64,000 bases of DNA from Fibrobacter sp. (GCA_017530965.1 JAFXLS010000156.1:4410-68409), one strand, 5' to 3'. Shown: positions 1-10,468, numbered from the stretch's first letter. Numbers and translations are program-made. The notes: generated by a model not told the origin, from the sequence alone.

Positions 1-1377
1 GCCCACGCCAATGGACTGCGGGTCAACCTTCACGAGTTCAGCCAGCGGATCCTGCAAGCGGCGGCCAATCGAGATGGCGCCACGAGTGGTCACGTCTTCC
101 TTCGGGAATTCCTGGATAGCAATCATGCTTGCGCTGTACACAGATGCACCTGCTTCAGAAACGATCACGCGCGGCGGAACCTTGCCCTTGAACTTGGCGG
201 ACATTTCGGCGCAGAAAGCGTCCGTTTCGCGGCTAGCGGTACCGTTACCGATAGCAATCAAGTCAATCTTGTACTTGTCAATGAGACCCATCAGGTACAC
301 AGCGGCACCGGCCTTGTCGTTCCACGGTTCATGCGGCTTGATAATGCCATGGTCCATAAACTTGCCGTTTTCATCGAGCACGGCCACCTTGCAACCCGTA
401 CGGAAACCCGGGTCCAGGGCGAGCACAGCCTTGTGGCCGGCCGGAGCGGCGAGCAAAACGTCTTGCAGGTTCTTGCTGAACACCTTGAAAGCTTCTTCTT
501 CGGCGGCGTCCTTGAGCATCAGGCGCACTTCGCTTTCCATGCTCGGCTGGAGCAGGCGTTCCCAAGCATCCTGGCACATGGCTTCCAAATACGGAGTCCA
601 AGTGGTGTTGCCCTTGATAATCTGCTGCTTGAGGTAACCGATCATTTCTTCGTTCGGGACTTCGATAGAAAGGCGGAGCACCTTTTCCTTTTCGCCGCGA
701 CGGAGAGCCAGCATACGGTGGCTCGGAATCTTGGACACCTGTTCGCTGTAATCGTAGTAATCCTTGAACTTGGTTTCCTGGCCTTCGAAATCTTTCTTGA
801 CCTTGGAAATCATGACGCCGGTCTTTTCCATCTTGTTACGCAGGTACTGACGGAATTCGGCATTGTCGGCCACTTCTTCGGCCAAAATGTCGGCGGCACC
901 CTTCAGGGCAGCCTTCGGGTCGGCAAGACCCTTTTCTTCGGACAAATAAATCAGCGCAATCTGTTCTGCGGTGTTGCCGGTTTCTTCTTGAGCCCACATG
1001 AGGCGAGCCAAAGGTTCGAGACCCAGTTCCTTTGCAGCCGTAGCGCGGGTGCGCTTCTTGGGCTTGTAAGGGGCGTAAATATCTTCGAGAAGGGTCTTGT
1101 CCTTACAGGCTTCGATCTGTGCCTTGAGTTCGGGAGTGAGCTTGCCCTGTTCTTCGATGCTCTTGAGAATCGTTTCTTTACGGTCTACCAGTTCTTGCAG
1201 GTAGTCGCGACGGTGACTGATGTCGCGCAGTTCAATTTCGTTCAGTGTACCCGTCTGGTCTTTACGGTAACGGGCGATAAAGGGGATGGTACCACCCTGG
1301 TCCATCAGTTCGAGCGCCTTGGCAACGCGCCATACTTCAAGGTTAAGCTCTTCGGCAATAATTGCAGAAAAATCCAT
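1..1377 (-). CDS. tex: Tex-family RNA-binding transcription accessory protein (5' part; continues beyond window start)
   Basis: Manual minus-strand translation from ATG at 1377 gives MDFSAIIAEELNLEVWRVAKALELMDQGGTIPFIARYRK..., the Tex N-terminal signature, followed by LEDIYAPYKPKKRTRA and DPGFRTGCK. It is absent from the ORF track because the stop lies outside the window. Confidence 0.93.
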   Translation of the reverse strand, partial: MDFSAIIAEELNLEVWRVAKALELMDQGGTIPFIARYRKDQTGTLNEIELRDISHRRDYLQELVDRKETILKSIEEQGKLTPELKAQIEACKDKTLLEDIYAPYKPKKRTRATAAKELGLEPLARLMWAQEETGNTAEQIALIYLSEEKGLADPKAALKGAADILAEEVADNAEFRQYLRNKMEKTGVMISKVKKDFEGQETKFKDYYDYSEQVSKIPSHRMLALRRGEKEKVLRLSIEVPNEEMIGYLKQQIIKGNTTWTPYLEAMCQDAWERLLQPSMESEVRLMLKDAAEEEAFKVFSKNLQDVLLAAPAGHKAVLALDPGFRTGCKVAVLDENGKFMDHGIIKPHEPWNDKAGAAVYLMGLIDKYKIDLIAIGNGTASRETDAFCAEMSAKFKGKVPPRVIVSEAGASVYSASMIAIQEFPKEDVTTRGAISIGRRLQDPLAELVKVDPQSIGVG

Positions 1378-1634
1378 AATATGTAGTTTCCGTTTTATAT
1401 TTCGGTTTGAGGGTCTTAAAGCCCTAAGTTCAACCCAGCACCGCAGTGCGAGGTACCCCGGGAATTTTCCAAAGGTAAGAGGAATATAGATAATTCCAAT
1501 GACAGCTGAGTGTCAAAACGGGACTATTTTCTGTAAGTTTATTGTAGTCAAATCGTTAACTCACGGAGTCTCAACGACTTACGTTTCACACAGCAGACCT
1601 TTGGAATCCTGCATATTTTTCTATCTTTGGGTCG

Positions 1635-1675
1635 GTCAGTTCGAAACCCATCCTGACTTTAAACAAAACTAGGAG
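1635..1675 (+). promoter_or_regulatory. preQ1 class I riboswitch
   Basis: P1 stem GTCAG(1635-39)/CTGAC(1653-57), loop starting TTCG, A-rich tail TAAACAAAACTA running into the GGAG Shine-Dalgarno, directly upstream of queF. Confidence 0.9.
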
Positions 1676-1680
1676 ACTTT

Positions 1681-2157
1681 ATGCGTTCAGAAGCAGAACT
1701 GGAAGGCGTAACCCTACTGGGCAATACGAAAACCCAATACAAGACCACCTACAGTCCCGAAGTGCTGGAAAAGTTCCCCAACAAGCACCCGGGAAACGAT
1801 TACATGGTCACCTTCAACTGCCCGGAATTCACGAGCCTGTGCCCCAAAACCGGCCAACCCGACTTCGCCGAAATCAAGATCAACTACATCCCGGACCAGT
1901 ACCTGGTGGAATCCAAATCCCTGAAGCTTTACATGTTCTCGTTCCGCAATCACGGCGACTTCCATGAAGACTGCGTGAACATCATCATGAAGGATTTGGT
2001 CAAGCTGCTGGAACCCAAGTACCTGGAAGTCGAAGGCCTCTTTATGCCCCGCGGCGGCATTTCGCTCTACCCGTTCGCCAACTACGGCAAGCCGGGTACC
2101 GAATACGAAGCCCTCGCCAAGACCCGCCTGTTCACCGTTATCGATAGGAGAAAGTAA
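1681..2157 (+). CDS. queF: NADPH-dependent 7-cyano-7-deazaguanine (preQ0) reductase
   Basis: [22 protein letters not shown] and RGGI motifs. Confidence 0.96.
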   Translation: MRSEAELEGVTLLGNTKTQYKTTYSPEVLEKFPNKHPGNDYMVTFNCPEFTSLCPKTGQPDFAEIKINYIPDQYLVESKSLKLYMFSFRNHGDFHEDCVNIIMKDLVKLLEPKYLEVEGLFMPRGGISLYPFANYGKPGTEYEALAKTRLFTVIDRRK

Positions 2158-2158
2158 G

Positions 2159-2875
2159 ATGCCGTTCCAGAATGAAATTATCCTTATCGCCTCCATTTTC
2201 GTGTTCTTCGGCGGCCTCGTCGGCTTTTTCCGCTTCTTCGGCAAGCAGGGCATTTTCGCCTGGACGGTAATCTGCACCATCGCCGCCAACATTGAGGTGC
2301 TGATTCTGGTGCACGCCTTCGGTCTCGACACCACGCTGGGCAACGTGATTTTCGCATCGTCGTTCCTGGCCACCGATATCATGAGCGAAATCTTCGGTAA
2401 GAAAGAAGCCAGCCGCTGCGTCAAAATCGGCATCCTCGCAAACGTAACCTTCATTCTGATTTCGCAGAGCTGGTTCCTGTATATTCCGGCCGCAGGCGAC
2501 ACCATGGCAGAACCGATCCGCACCGTGTTCGCCAACACCCCCCGCGTAATGCTTGCAAGCCTGTTCGCCTATGCCATTTGCGAAATGTACGACGTATGGG
2601 CCTACCATGCCGTCTGGAAATGGACCGAGAAAAAGTTCGGCAACAAGCGCGGCTTCTTGTGGCTCCGTAACAATGGTTCTACGCTGGTAAGCCAGCTGAT
2701 TAACGTGGTCGTATTCAACCTGTTGGCCTTCGCAGGCGTGTTCCCGTGGAATACGATCGGCGAAATCCTGATTTTCGGTTACGGCATCTTCATCGTGACT
2801 TCGCTGATGGACACGCCGTTCGTGTACCTTGCACGCCGCATCGCCGAAAAGCGCCCGGAACTGTTGAAAGATTAA
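2159..2875 (+). CDS. yhhQ: Queuosine precursor transporter (YhhQ/Vut_1 family)
   Basis: Multi-TM protein with LWLRNNGSTLVSQ and DTPFVY motifs, 1 nt downstream of queF. Confidence 0.88.
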   Translation: MPFQNEIILIASIFVFFGGLVGFFRFFGKQGIFAWTVICTIAANIEVLILVHAFGLDTTLGNVIFASSFLATDIMSEIFGKKEASRCVKIGILANVTFILISQSWFLYIPAAGDTMAEPIRTVFANTPRVMLASLFAYAICEMYDVWAYHAVWKWTEKKFGNKRGFLWLRNNGSTLVSQLINVVVFNLLAFAGVFPWNTIGEILIFGYGIFIVTSLMDTPFVYLARRIAEKRPELLKD

Positions 2876-2909
2876 TTATAAAGAATCCTGATACAAAAAA
2901 ACTTGGTAT

Positions 2910-2940
2910 AAAAAACGCGCCCAGTGAGGCGCGATTTTTT
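2910..2940. terminator. Bidirectional intrinsic terminator
   Basis: A-tract, CGCGCC/GGCGCG hairpin, T-tract between convergent yhhQ and sstT. Confidence 0.75.
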
Positions 2941-4210
2941 ATGCATCATGTTCTTTGGCTTTATGGTCGCGGAATAATTCTTTAGGCAAGGGCTTGCCCT
3001 GCTTGCGCCAGGCAGCGTATTCTGCCGTAGCTGTAAAGATCGCATCCGTCGTAGAGTTCAGGGCCGTTTCCATACTGTCTTGAACCACGCCGATGATAAA
3101 GCCCACAGCCACCACCTGCATGGCAATGTCTGTCGATACTCCGAAGGGTGCACACGCCAAGGGAATCAATAGGAGCGATCCCCCCGCCACACCGCTCGTA
3201 CCGCAAGCACCGATGGTGGCAAGCAGGCACACGATTATTGTCGAAGTAAGCGTCACCGGGATACCAAGCGTATGCACCGTGGCAAGCGACATGATGGTAA
3301 TGGTAATTGCCGCACCGCTCATATTAACGGTAGCACCCAGCGGAATGGAGACCGAATAAAATTCGCGATCAAGCCCCAGTTTTTTACAAAGCGCCATGTT
3401 CACGGGAATGTTTGCAGCAGAGCTACGGGTAAAGAACGCCGTGACAGCACTGCTCTTGAGGCACTTGAGCACCAGCGGATACGGGTCATGACGCAAAACG
3501 AGGCCCACAATGGCAGGCACCACCACAAGCGCCATGAAAAGCATGGTTCCGACAAGAACCAAGATCAGAGTTCCGTAGGTCTTGAAAATTCCGATACCGT
3601 TGGTAGAGACCGATGTAAACATGATGCCCATGATGCCGAACGGGGCAAGGTTAATAATCCAGCGCACCACCATGGACACCGCATTGGACAAGTCGCGCAG
3701 AACCGTAAACGTCGTTTCGCTTGCAATCTTCTTGATGGCAAAGCCCATAAAGGCGCCCCAGACGAGAATGCCTATATAATTAGCGTCCGAAATAGCGGCA
3801 AACGGGTTCGATACCGCATTCACCAACAAATTATGCAAAATCTCATAGATGTCAGCAGGCACCACCGAAATATCGGCAGGCAACGTCAATTCCAAATTTA
3901 GCGGAAACACGAAGCTTGCCACCACAGCAGTAAACGAGGCGAGCAAGGTACTCACTAAATACAACATAATCACGCGGCCGAAGCGGCGATCCAAGCGAGA
4001 CTTGCCGGTAGCGAGCGAACAGATGATCAAGATGAACACGAGCACAGGGGCCACGGCCTTGAGGGCGCCCACAAACAGCACGCCGAATTCGCTAATCCAT
4101 TTTTGAGAAGGCAGGAACATTCCCAGGAGCGCGCCCAAGACAATCGCAATGGCGATACGGAGCACCAGGTTTGCACTATTATACTTTTTGATCAAAGCGT
4201 TTAATTTCAT
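2939..4210 (-). CDS. sstT: Serine/threonine:Na+ symporter (DAACS family)
   Basis: FFTRSSAANIPVN, IPLGATVNMSG, SGVAGGSLLLIPLAC and QDSMETALNS motifs; likely start ATG 4210 with GAGG RBS. Confidence 0.92.
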   Translation of the reverse strand: MKLNALIKKYNSANLVLRIAIAIVLGALLGMFLPSQKWISEFGVLFVGALKAVAPVLVFILIICSLATGKSRLDRRFGRVIMLYLVSTLLASFTAVVASFVFPLNLELTLPADISVVPADIYEILHNLLVNAVSNPFAAISDANYIGILVWGAFMGFAIKKIASETTFTVLRDLSNAVSMVVRWIINLAPFGIMGIMFTSVSTNGIGIFKTYGTLILVLVGTMLFMALVVVPAIVGLVLRHDPYPLVLKCLKSSAVTAFFTRSSAANIPVNMALCKKLGLDREFYSVSIPLGATVNMSGAAITITIMSLATVHTLGIPVTLTSTIIVCLLATIGACGTSGVAGGSLLLIPLACAPFGVSTDIAMQVVAVGFIIGVVQDSMETALNSTTDAIFTATAEYAAWRKQGKPLPKELFRDHKAKEHDA

Positions 4211-4363
4211 TCTAGACCTCCTTATATATAGTGGAGACAGATGTAATATAAATATAATTTTGGCCTTTTTGCGAGAAAAACGCAAGTGGTGCAAAAAAAC
4301 AAGGCGTTTTTTGCAGGCGGAAAAATTCAACGCCGTCCCGATGAACTAAATTTTGCGCGGAAA

Positions 4364-5497
4364 ATGTTTTTTACGGTGCTCACATACCTGGTCATCGGCC
4401 TCTTGGCCGTATTCGGACTATTCTATATAGTCTTGGAGGCGCGGTTCTTCCGTGCCCTGGGTTCGGTGCGCGTGGGTAATTCCGATGTGGAGCCCGCCCC
4501 CAAGGTGAGCATTCTGATCTCTGCCCGCAACGAGGCCGTCGGCATCCGCGAAACCCTGGACTCGGTTCTGGCCCAAGACTATCGTGGAGAATGGGATGTG
4601 TGGGTAGCCGACGACAGGAGTGACGACGAAACTCCGGCGATTCTCGCCGAATATGTGGCCAAGAACCCTAGGCTGCACGTTCTGACTATAAAAGAGATTC
4701 CGGAAGGGGTCAGCCCGAAAAAGCATGCACTCTCCCTGTTGATCGAGGCATGCGAAGGCGAAATTTTGTGCCTGACTGACGCCGACTGCCTGGTAAAGCC
4801 CACCTGGGTCACGGGAATTGTGGCCGAATTCGAACCGGGCATTGAACTAGTAGCCGGGCATTCGTACATCCCGACCGTCCCCGGCAAATCAAGCATACTG
4901 ATTTGCATGCAGGCTATCGAGACGCTGATTTACCGCGTGGCAGGCACCGCAGGGCTCGCCATGAGGCTCCCGCTTACCAGCACCGGCAACAATCTGGCCT
5001 ACCGCAAGAGCTTCTTCAAGAGCGTCCACGGGTTCGACAACGTGATCAAGATTCAGAGCGGTGATGACGACCTGCTGATGCAAAAACTGGCCGCTGACCG
5101 CCCCTGGGCCATGCGCTACTGCATCGCCGAATCCACCTTCGTCACCACCAACGGCAAGGAAACCCTGAAGGAACTTTGGGAACAGCGCAAACGTTGGGCC
5201 TCGAAGACTATCTATTATACACCGAAAATCGTGTTTGTGCTCAGCATGGTATTCCTGTTCCTGACCATGCAGTGTATCGCGGCGGTGCTTTCGCCGTTCA
5301 GCTTCGACGTTTTAATTGCGACCATCATCGCATTTGCCGCCAAATGTGCAGGCGACCTGATTTTAATACTCCGCGGGCTTAGGATCTTTAGACAGGAACA
5401 CCTTTTAAAATGGTGCATTCCGGTTGAAATTATTCACGCCCCCTTTACCGTGCTGGCCGTGCTTTTTGGCCTGTTCGGACGATTTAAATGGAAATAA
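4364..5497 (+). CDS. Membrane GT2 glycosyltransferase
   Basis: N- and C-terminal TM helices; DDRSDD, TDAD, SGDDD and QRKRW motifs; likely start ATG 4364. Confidence 0.85.
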   Translation: MFFTVLTYLVIGLLAVFGLFYIVLEARFFRALGSVRVGNSDVEPAPKVSILISARNEAVGIRETLDSVLAQDYRGEWDVWVADDRSDDETPAILAEYVAKNPRLHVLTIKEIPEGVSPKKHALSLLIEACEGEILCLTDADCLVKPTWVTGIVAEFEPGIELVAGHSYIPTVPGKSSILICMQAIETLIYRVAGTAGLAMRLPLTSTGNNLAYRKSFFKSVHGFDNVIKIQSGDDDLLMQKLAADRPWAMRYCIAESTFVTTNGKETLKELWEQRKRWASKTIYYTPKIVFVLSMVFLFLTMQCIAAVLSPFSFDVLIATIIAFAAKCAGDLILILRGLRIFRQEHLLKWCIPVEIIHAPFTVLAVLFGLFGRFKWK

Positions 5498-5499
5498 CG

Positions 5500-8025
5500 A
5501 TGGCAACAACGACAAAAAAAGCAACAACGACTAAAACGACAACAAAGACCGCCGCAAAGAAAACAACGAAGGCGATAAAAGCCCCGGTCGAAGGCAAGAC
5601 TTTAATTATCGCCGAAAAACCGAGCGTAGCCCTGGACCTGGTGCGCGTGCTCGGCCAGAAGAACTTCAAGAACGAAAAGACCCACTACGAAAGCGACACC
5701 ACCATCGTGAGCCATGCCATCGGCCACCTGGTTGAAATCGCCGATCCCAAGGAAATCGACGAAAAGTACAAGAAGTGGGAAATGAGCACGCTCCCCATGC
5801 TCCCCAAGGAATTCCCGCTGGTAGCAACGCCTGCCACCAAGGGGCAGCTTTCCGCTTTAAGCAAGCTCATCAAGCGCAAGGACGTGACGACCATCGTGAA
5901 CGCATGCGATGCGGGCCGCGAAGGTGAACTGATTTTCTTCTATATATTACAGTATGTGCTCAAGGGCAAGTTCACGGGCAAGACCATCAAGCGCCTGTGG
6001 ATGCAGAGTATGACCCCGGCCGCCATCAAGGAAGCTTTCGAAAACATGCGCGACGGCTCCGAAATGGAAAACCTGAAGGCCGCCGCCCTTTGCCGTAGCG
6101 AAGCCGACTGGCTGATCGGCATGAATGGAAGCCGCGGCCTTACCGCCTACAACAGTTCCATGGGCGGATTCCAGGTGACCCCGTGCGGCCGTGTGCAGAC
6201 GCCGACGCTCGCCATTATTGTGAACCGCGAAGAAGAACGCCTGCAGTTCGTGCCGCAGAAGTTCTGGACCGTGGAAGCCGAATTCGACAACGACGGCAGC
6301 CACTACCCCGGCAAGTGGTTCACCACCAGCAAGGAAGACGGCAAGGACAAGGTCAAGCAGATTTTTGACGAAAAGAAAGTCAAGGAAATCTTGAAGAAGT
6401 GCAAGGGCAAGGCCGGCACCGTCGAAGAAACGTCCGCCCCTTCGCTCCAGAAGTGCGGCCCGCTGTACGACTTGACGACACTGCAGCGCGAAGCGAACAA
6501 CCGCTTTGGCTTTAGCGCCAAAACCACCCTTTCGATTGCGCAGGCTTTGTACGAACGCCACAAGGCGACCACCTACCCGCGTACCGACAGCCGTTGCCTG
6601 CCCGAAGACTACGTGGCTCCGGTGAAGGCTACGCTTGGAAAGATTGAAGGCCCGCTCGCCAAGTTCGCCGAAGCCGCCCTCAAGAACAACTGGGTCGTGA
6701 AGACCCCCAAGGTGTTCGATAACTCCAAGATTTCGGACCACTTCGCCATCATCCCCACCGGCGTGATGCCCGCAGGCTTGACTGAAGCCGAGCAGAAAAT
6801 TTTCACGATGATTTGCCAGCGATTCATCGCTGTATTCTTCCCGCCCGCCAAGTACGAAAACACCACCCGCGTAACGACCGTCGAGGGCGAAACCTTCCTC
6901 ACCGAAGGCAAGGTACTGATTGATCCGGGCTTCAAGGCCGTGTACGGCAAGGACAGCGACGAAGAATCGAACATTCCGGCACTCAAGGGCAAGTCCGCCA
7001 AGACGGTCGCCCTCGAAGAAAAGGAAGACTTTACCAAGCCGCCCGCACACTATACCGAAAGCACGCTCCTTTCGATGATGGAAAGTGCCGGTAAGCTGGT
7101 GGAAGACGAAGAACTCCGCGACGCCATGAAGGAACGCGGACTTGGAACGCCGGCAACTCGCGCCGCTATTATTGAAAAGCTCGTCAGCGACAAGTACGTG
7201 GTTCGCGACGGCAAGGACATGATCCCGACCGCGAAGGCATTCGACCTCATCAAGGTACTGAAGGCCATGGACATCGAAGCGCTCACCAGCCCGGAACTCA
7301 CCGGCAACTGGGAATATAAAATGGAGCAAATCGAGAAGGGCAAGGAAACCCGCGAAAAATTCATGGAAGGCATCGTCGACATGACGCGCACCATGGTGAA
7401 AAACATCAAGGGATTCAAGGAAGAAAGCACCACCGGCGAAGCGCCCTTTAGCCCCGTGAACGGCAAGAAGGTCTTTGAAACCGTGAGCCGCTACACCACC
7501 GAAGACGGCATCGTAATCCGCAAGATGATTGGCGGCAAGAGGCTCACTCCGGAAGAAATCACCGAGCTCTTGACGAACCGCAAGATTGGCCCGCTCACCG
7601 GATTCCGCAGCAAGCGCGGCGCCGAATTCTCGGCCGTGGTGATTATCAACGACGAAAACAAGATTGAATTTGTATTTGACGAAAAACCCGAAGAAGTCGA
7701 AGTCGGCGCAGAAGTCGGCAAGTCGCCTGTAGACGGCGCCGCCGTGTATGAAACCATGACCGGTTACGTGAGCGATTCTTACCTGAAGAAGGAACCCAGC
7801 GGCATTACGCTGCCGAAGATTCTCCTGGGCAAGGAAATTCCGCTCGAAGAAATCAAGAAGATGCTCGCCGGCGAAAAGACGACGCTTTTGAAGGGATTCC
7901 GCAGCAACAAGACCCACCGCACCTTTGACGCTTACCTTTATTTGGATAAAGGCGGCAAGCTCAAATTCGACTTCCCGCCCCGCGAATTCAAACCGAGACG
8001 CTTTGGCAAGAAAAAAGCCGAGTAG
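5500..8025 (+). CDS. topB: DNA topoisomerase III
   Basis: IIAEKPSVA, NACDAGREGE, GRVQTPTL, TYPRTDS (catalytic Tyr) and GLGTPATRA motifs; C-terminal GFRS-containing repeats. Confidence 0.93.
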   Translation: MATTTKKATTTKTTTKTAAKKTTKAIKAPVEGKTLIIAEKPSVALDLVRVLGQKNFKNEKTHYESDTTIVSHAIGHLVEIADPKEIDEKYKKWEMSTLPMLPKEFPLVATPATKGQLSALSKLIKRKDVTTIVNACDAGREGELIFFYILQYVLKGKFTGKTIKRLWMQSMTPAAIKEAFENMRDGSEMENLKAAALCRSEADWLIGMNGSRGLTAYNSSMGGFQVTPCGRVQTPTLAIIVNREEERLQFVPQKFWTVEAEFDNDGSHYPGKWFTTSKEDGKDKVKQIFDEKKVKEILKKCKGKAGTVEETSAPSLQKCGPLYDLTTLQREANNRFGFSAKTTLSIAQALYERHKATTYPRTDSRCLPEDYVAPVKATLGKIEGPLAKFAEAALKNNWVVKTPKVFDNSKISDHFAIIPTGVMPAGLTEAEQKIFTMICQRFIAVFFPPAKYENTTRVTTVEGETFLTEGKVLIDPGFKAVYGKDSDEESNIPALKGKSAKTVALEEKEDFTKPPAHYTESTLLSMMESAGKLVEDEELRDAMKERGLGTPATRAAIIEKLVSDKYVVRDGKDMIPTAKAFDLIKVLKAMDIEALTSPELTGNWEYKMEQIEKGKETREKFMEGIVDMTRTMVKNIKGFKEESTTGEAPFSPVNGKKVFETVSRYTTEDGIVIRKMIGGKRLTPEEITELLTNRKIGPLTGFRSKRGAEFSAVVIINDENKIEFVFDEKPEEVEVGAEVGKSPVDGAAVYETMTGYVSDSYLKKEPSGITLPKILLGKEIPLEEIKKMLAGEKTTLLKGFRSNKTHRTFDAYLYLDKGGKLKFDFPPREFKPRRFGKKKAE

Positions 8026-8041
8026 AGACATTCGCCTCGCA

Positions 8042-9295
8042 ATGACGTTAATTCGGCACACATCTATCATATTTATTCTTGCATTTGCCTTTGTGCAGGC
8101 GGAGGATTCTCTGCCTGACGTGAAATTTGTTCCGCTGAATTCGCTTACAGAAACTGCGGAGAATCAAGCCACGGAACCTGCGAGCAGTTCAGCGACAAGC
8201 GCACCGTATACAGCCGAAGCCTTACCGCAAGAAGATTCCGCGCAAACACCTTACGGGCTCCCCCGCGAACTCATGCCACTGTGGGATTCGCTGACTATTA
8301 AGCAGAAAGCTGCGCAAATGGTGATGGTGTACCTCACCTCGTCGCAGTTCATTATCGAAAACGAAATCGGCGGAGTGCTTATCACAGGCCAGCACCTTCG
8401 CTCAGCAAAACGCTACCTGAACACGATGGCCGAAATCGACTCCGGCCTAAGAATCCCGCTCGTCGTCGCCACGGACCAAGAAGGCGGAATCGTCAACCGA
8501 CTGGCCTCTTACTCCGATACATGGCGAGGCGTTCCCAGCGCACTGGAAATGCGACGCATGGATTCGACAGACATCCACTCGCTCGCCAACAAAATCGGAA
8601 GCGCACTGAAAGAACTCAAAATAAACATGAACCTCGCGCCCGTTCTTGACCCTTCTAAAGACAGCCGCGGCAAGAATTCGTTCATGGAAGAAAGCCGCCG
8701 CTCCTGGGGCAATGACACCACAAACGCATTCAAAGTAAGAGCATTCGTCAAGGGCATGAGCGAAAACGGAGTCGTTTGCGTATCCAAGCATTTTCCGGGT
8801 TACGACAGTTGGACCAATAGCGACCACCAAATTGCCGTGAGCGCAACCCCCAGGGCAAAGATTGCAAAGAACGTGAGCTTCTTCAAGACACTCGCAAACG
8901 ACATTCCCGTGACCATGATGAGCAGCGTGAGCTTCGTGCGCATTTCGAGCCGCCCCGCCGTATTCGAGCCGAAAATTGTCAAAATGGCGCGCGATATGTC
9001 TCCCGAGACCGTCATATTGACCGACGACCTGTGGGGAGTAAGCCTCCGCGCCTGGATTAGCGGCAACGAACGCGTACGAAGCAAGAACTACCCCGCCAAG
9101 GATTTCAGAAAACTCGTGCGCACCGCCTTGATGGCCGGCAACGACATGTTCATGATTACCTACTCGTCAAAAGCGGTAGAAATGATCAACTACCTGGACG
9201 CACTATCCAAACAAAGTAAATACTACAGGCAGCGCATCGAAGAATCCGCCGCAAGAATTCTAAAGATGAAGTATAAGGCAGGGATAATTAAATAG
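8042..9295 (+). CDS. Secreted GH3 hydrolase (beta-N-acetylhexosaminidase-like)
   Basis: Signal peptide from ATG 8042; DQEGGIVNRL, NLAPVLD, KHFPG and ILTDDL motifs. Confidence 0.82.
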   Translation: MTLIRHTSIIFILAFAFVQAEDSLPDVKFVPLNSLTETAENQATEPASSSATSAPYTAEALPQEDSAQTPYGLPRELMPLWDSLTIKQKAAQMVMVYLTSSQFIIENEIGGVLITGQHLRSAKRYLNTMAEIDSGLRIPLVVATDQEGGIVNRLASYSDTWRGVPSALEMRRMDSTDIHSLANKIGSALKELKINMNLAPVLDPSKDSRGKNSFMEESRRSWGNDTTNAFKVRAFVKGMSENGVVCVSKHFPGYDSWTNSDHQIAVSATPRAKIAKNVSFFKTLANDIPVTMMSSVSFVRISSRPAVFEPKIVKMARDMSPETVILTDDLWGVSLRAWISGNERVRSKNYPAKDFRKLVRTALMAGNDMFMITYSSKAVEMINYLDALSKQSKYYRQRIEESAARILKMKYKAGIIK

Positions 9296-9854
9296 CCTCG
9301 ACTTTTGCCTTTTTCGGAGTCGAAAGATTCTTTACTTCCTTAAGGATTTTTTCCGGTCCCACCTTATTGTAGGCCAGCTTCAAAATCTCGGCCGCAGCCA
9401 AAGCATCGTCTAAAGCACGGTGGTGATTGAACTCCGGCAACTCCAGCGCCTGCGTCAACTTATGCAAGCTGTAACTCGGAAGCCCCGGAAAAAACCGGCG
9501 AGAGACCTTGACCGTGCAAAGCCTCGGCGGGTCAATCTTGATGCAACAACGCTTGAGTTCCGTACGCATGAACTTGATATCGTACAGCACATTGTGCGCC
9601 ACAAAGATGCGGTCTTTCAGGAGCTCCGCCACCTCTTCGGCAACCGATGCAAACTGAGGCTTGCCATGCACCATCTCGTCGGTAATGCCCGTCAAATGCT
9701 GCACGAAGGGCTGAATCGGCATGCCTGGGTCTACCAGCGCCGAATAAGTCTTGACCACTTCACAATCATCTAAAAGAACTATACCTATTTCAGTAATGCG
9801 GCCCACCTCGGCCGTACCGCCCGTCGTTTCAAGATCTACAACTGCAAACTTCAT
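9288..9854 (-). CDS. DEDDh 3'-5' exonuclease (DnaQ-like)
   Basis: VVDLETTG, VAHN..YD and HRALDDA motifs. Confidence 0.9.
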   Translation of the reverse strand: MKFAVVDLETTGGTAEVGRITEIGIVLLDDCEVVKTYSALVDPGMPIQPFVQHLTGITDEMVHGKPQFASVAEEVAELLKDRIFVAHNVLYDIKFMRTELKRCCIKIDPPRLCTVKVSRRFFPGLPSYSLHKLTQALELPEFNHHRALDDALAAAEILKLAYNKVGPEKILKEVKNLSTPKKAKVEAI

Positions 9855-9859
9855 GGGGG

Positions 9860-10468
9860 TTACTTTATCGGGATGTCAAACTCCAGAGTCTGCTTGGCAG
9901 ATTCGCTCACCACCTTGGCCTTGAGCACCTTGGACTTGGGCTTCGCAAAAAGGGGAACCACCATCAAATTCGAGACCTTGCTGCTTTCTACAGTGGGCTT
10001 TGCCTCGCTGTCACGGGCTGTCTGGGAGAAAATCGGCTTTTTGCCCTTGTCGTAAATGTAGTAAGTCAACTCGCGGGTAAAACCCGGCTTGATCTGGCTC
10101 GTAGGCACCTGGAAATACACCATGCCGCCTTTGGGCACCTTGCGCAAACTGTCACGGATTTCTTCTTCGGTGGCAAAATCGCCTTCCATCATCATGCGGA
10201 TGTCTTTCTTGATCTTGTTCGCGCTCTCGTAGTTGACCGTAATCTGGAACTTGGCGTCTTCGGGAATGGCGCTGGGGCGCACATCGCGGATCTTGGCATT
10301 GTTCTGGTAATATTCCCAACGGCCGTTTTCGTGCAGAATGACCGTGGAACCGTTCGATGTGGTGGCAATAATGTCTTCAGCAAAAACCCCTGTCGCCGAG
10401 AGCAACAGAATCATCGCTATAACCCATAAAAATCCAACCGAACCACATACCCAAACATTGAATTTCAT
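9860..10468 (-). CDS. Hypothetical exported protein
   Basis: Hydrophobic N-terminus, GAGG RBS, upstream TATATTTG (10490-97); ATTSNGSTVILHENGRWEY resembles the DUF3157 N-terminal motif (tentative). Confidence 0.7.
   Translation of the reverse strand: MKFNVWVCGSVGFLWVIAMILLLSATGVFAEDIIATTSNGSTVILHENGRWEYYQNNAKIRDVRPSAIPEDAKFQITVNYESANKIKKDIRMMMEGDFATEEEIRDSLRKVPKGGMVYFQVPTSQIKPGFTRELTYYIYDKGKKPIFSQTARDSEAKPTVESSKVSNLMVVPLFAKPKSKVLKAKVVSESAKQTLEFDIPIK

Noticed and set aside
331-1386. 351-aa plus-strand ORF (and 11..637)
   Set aside because: Antisense to tex, which has clear family motifs
5947-8070. 707-aa minus-strand ORF
   Set aside because: Antisense shadow of topB; the same applies to the long antisense ORFs over gmd, fcl, dxr, dacB and aroA
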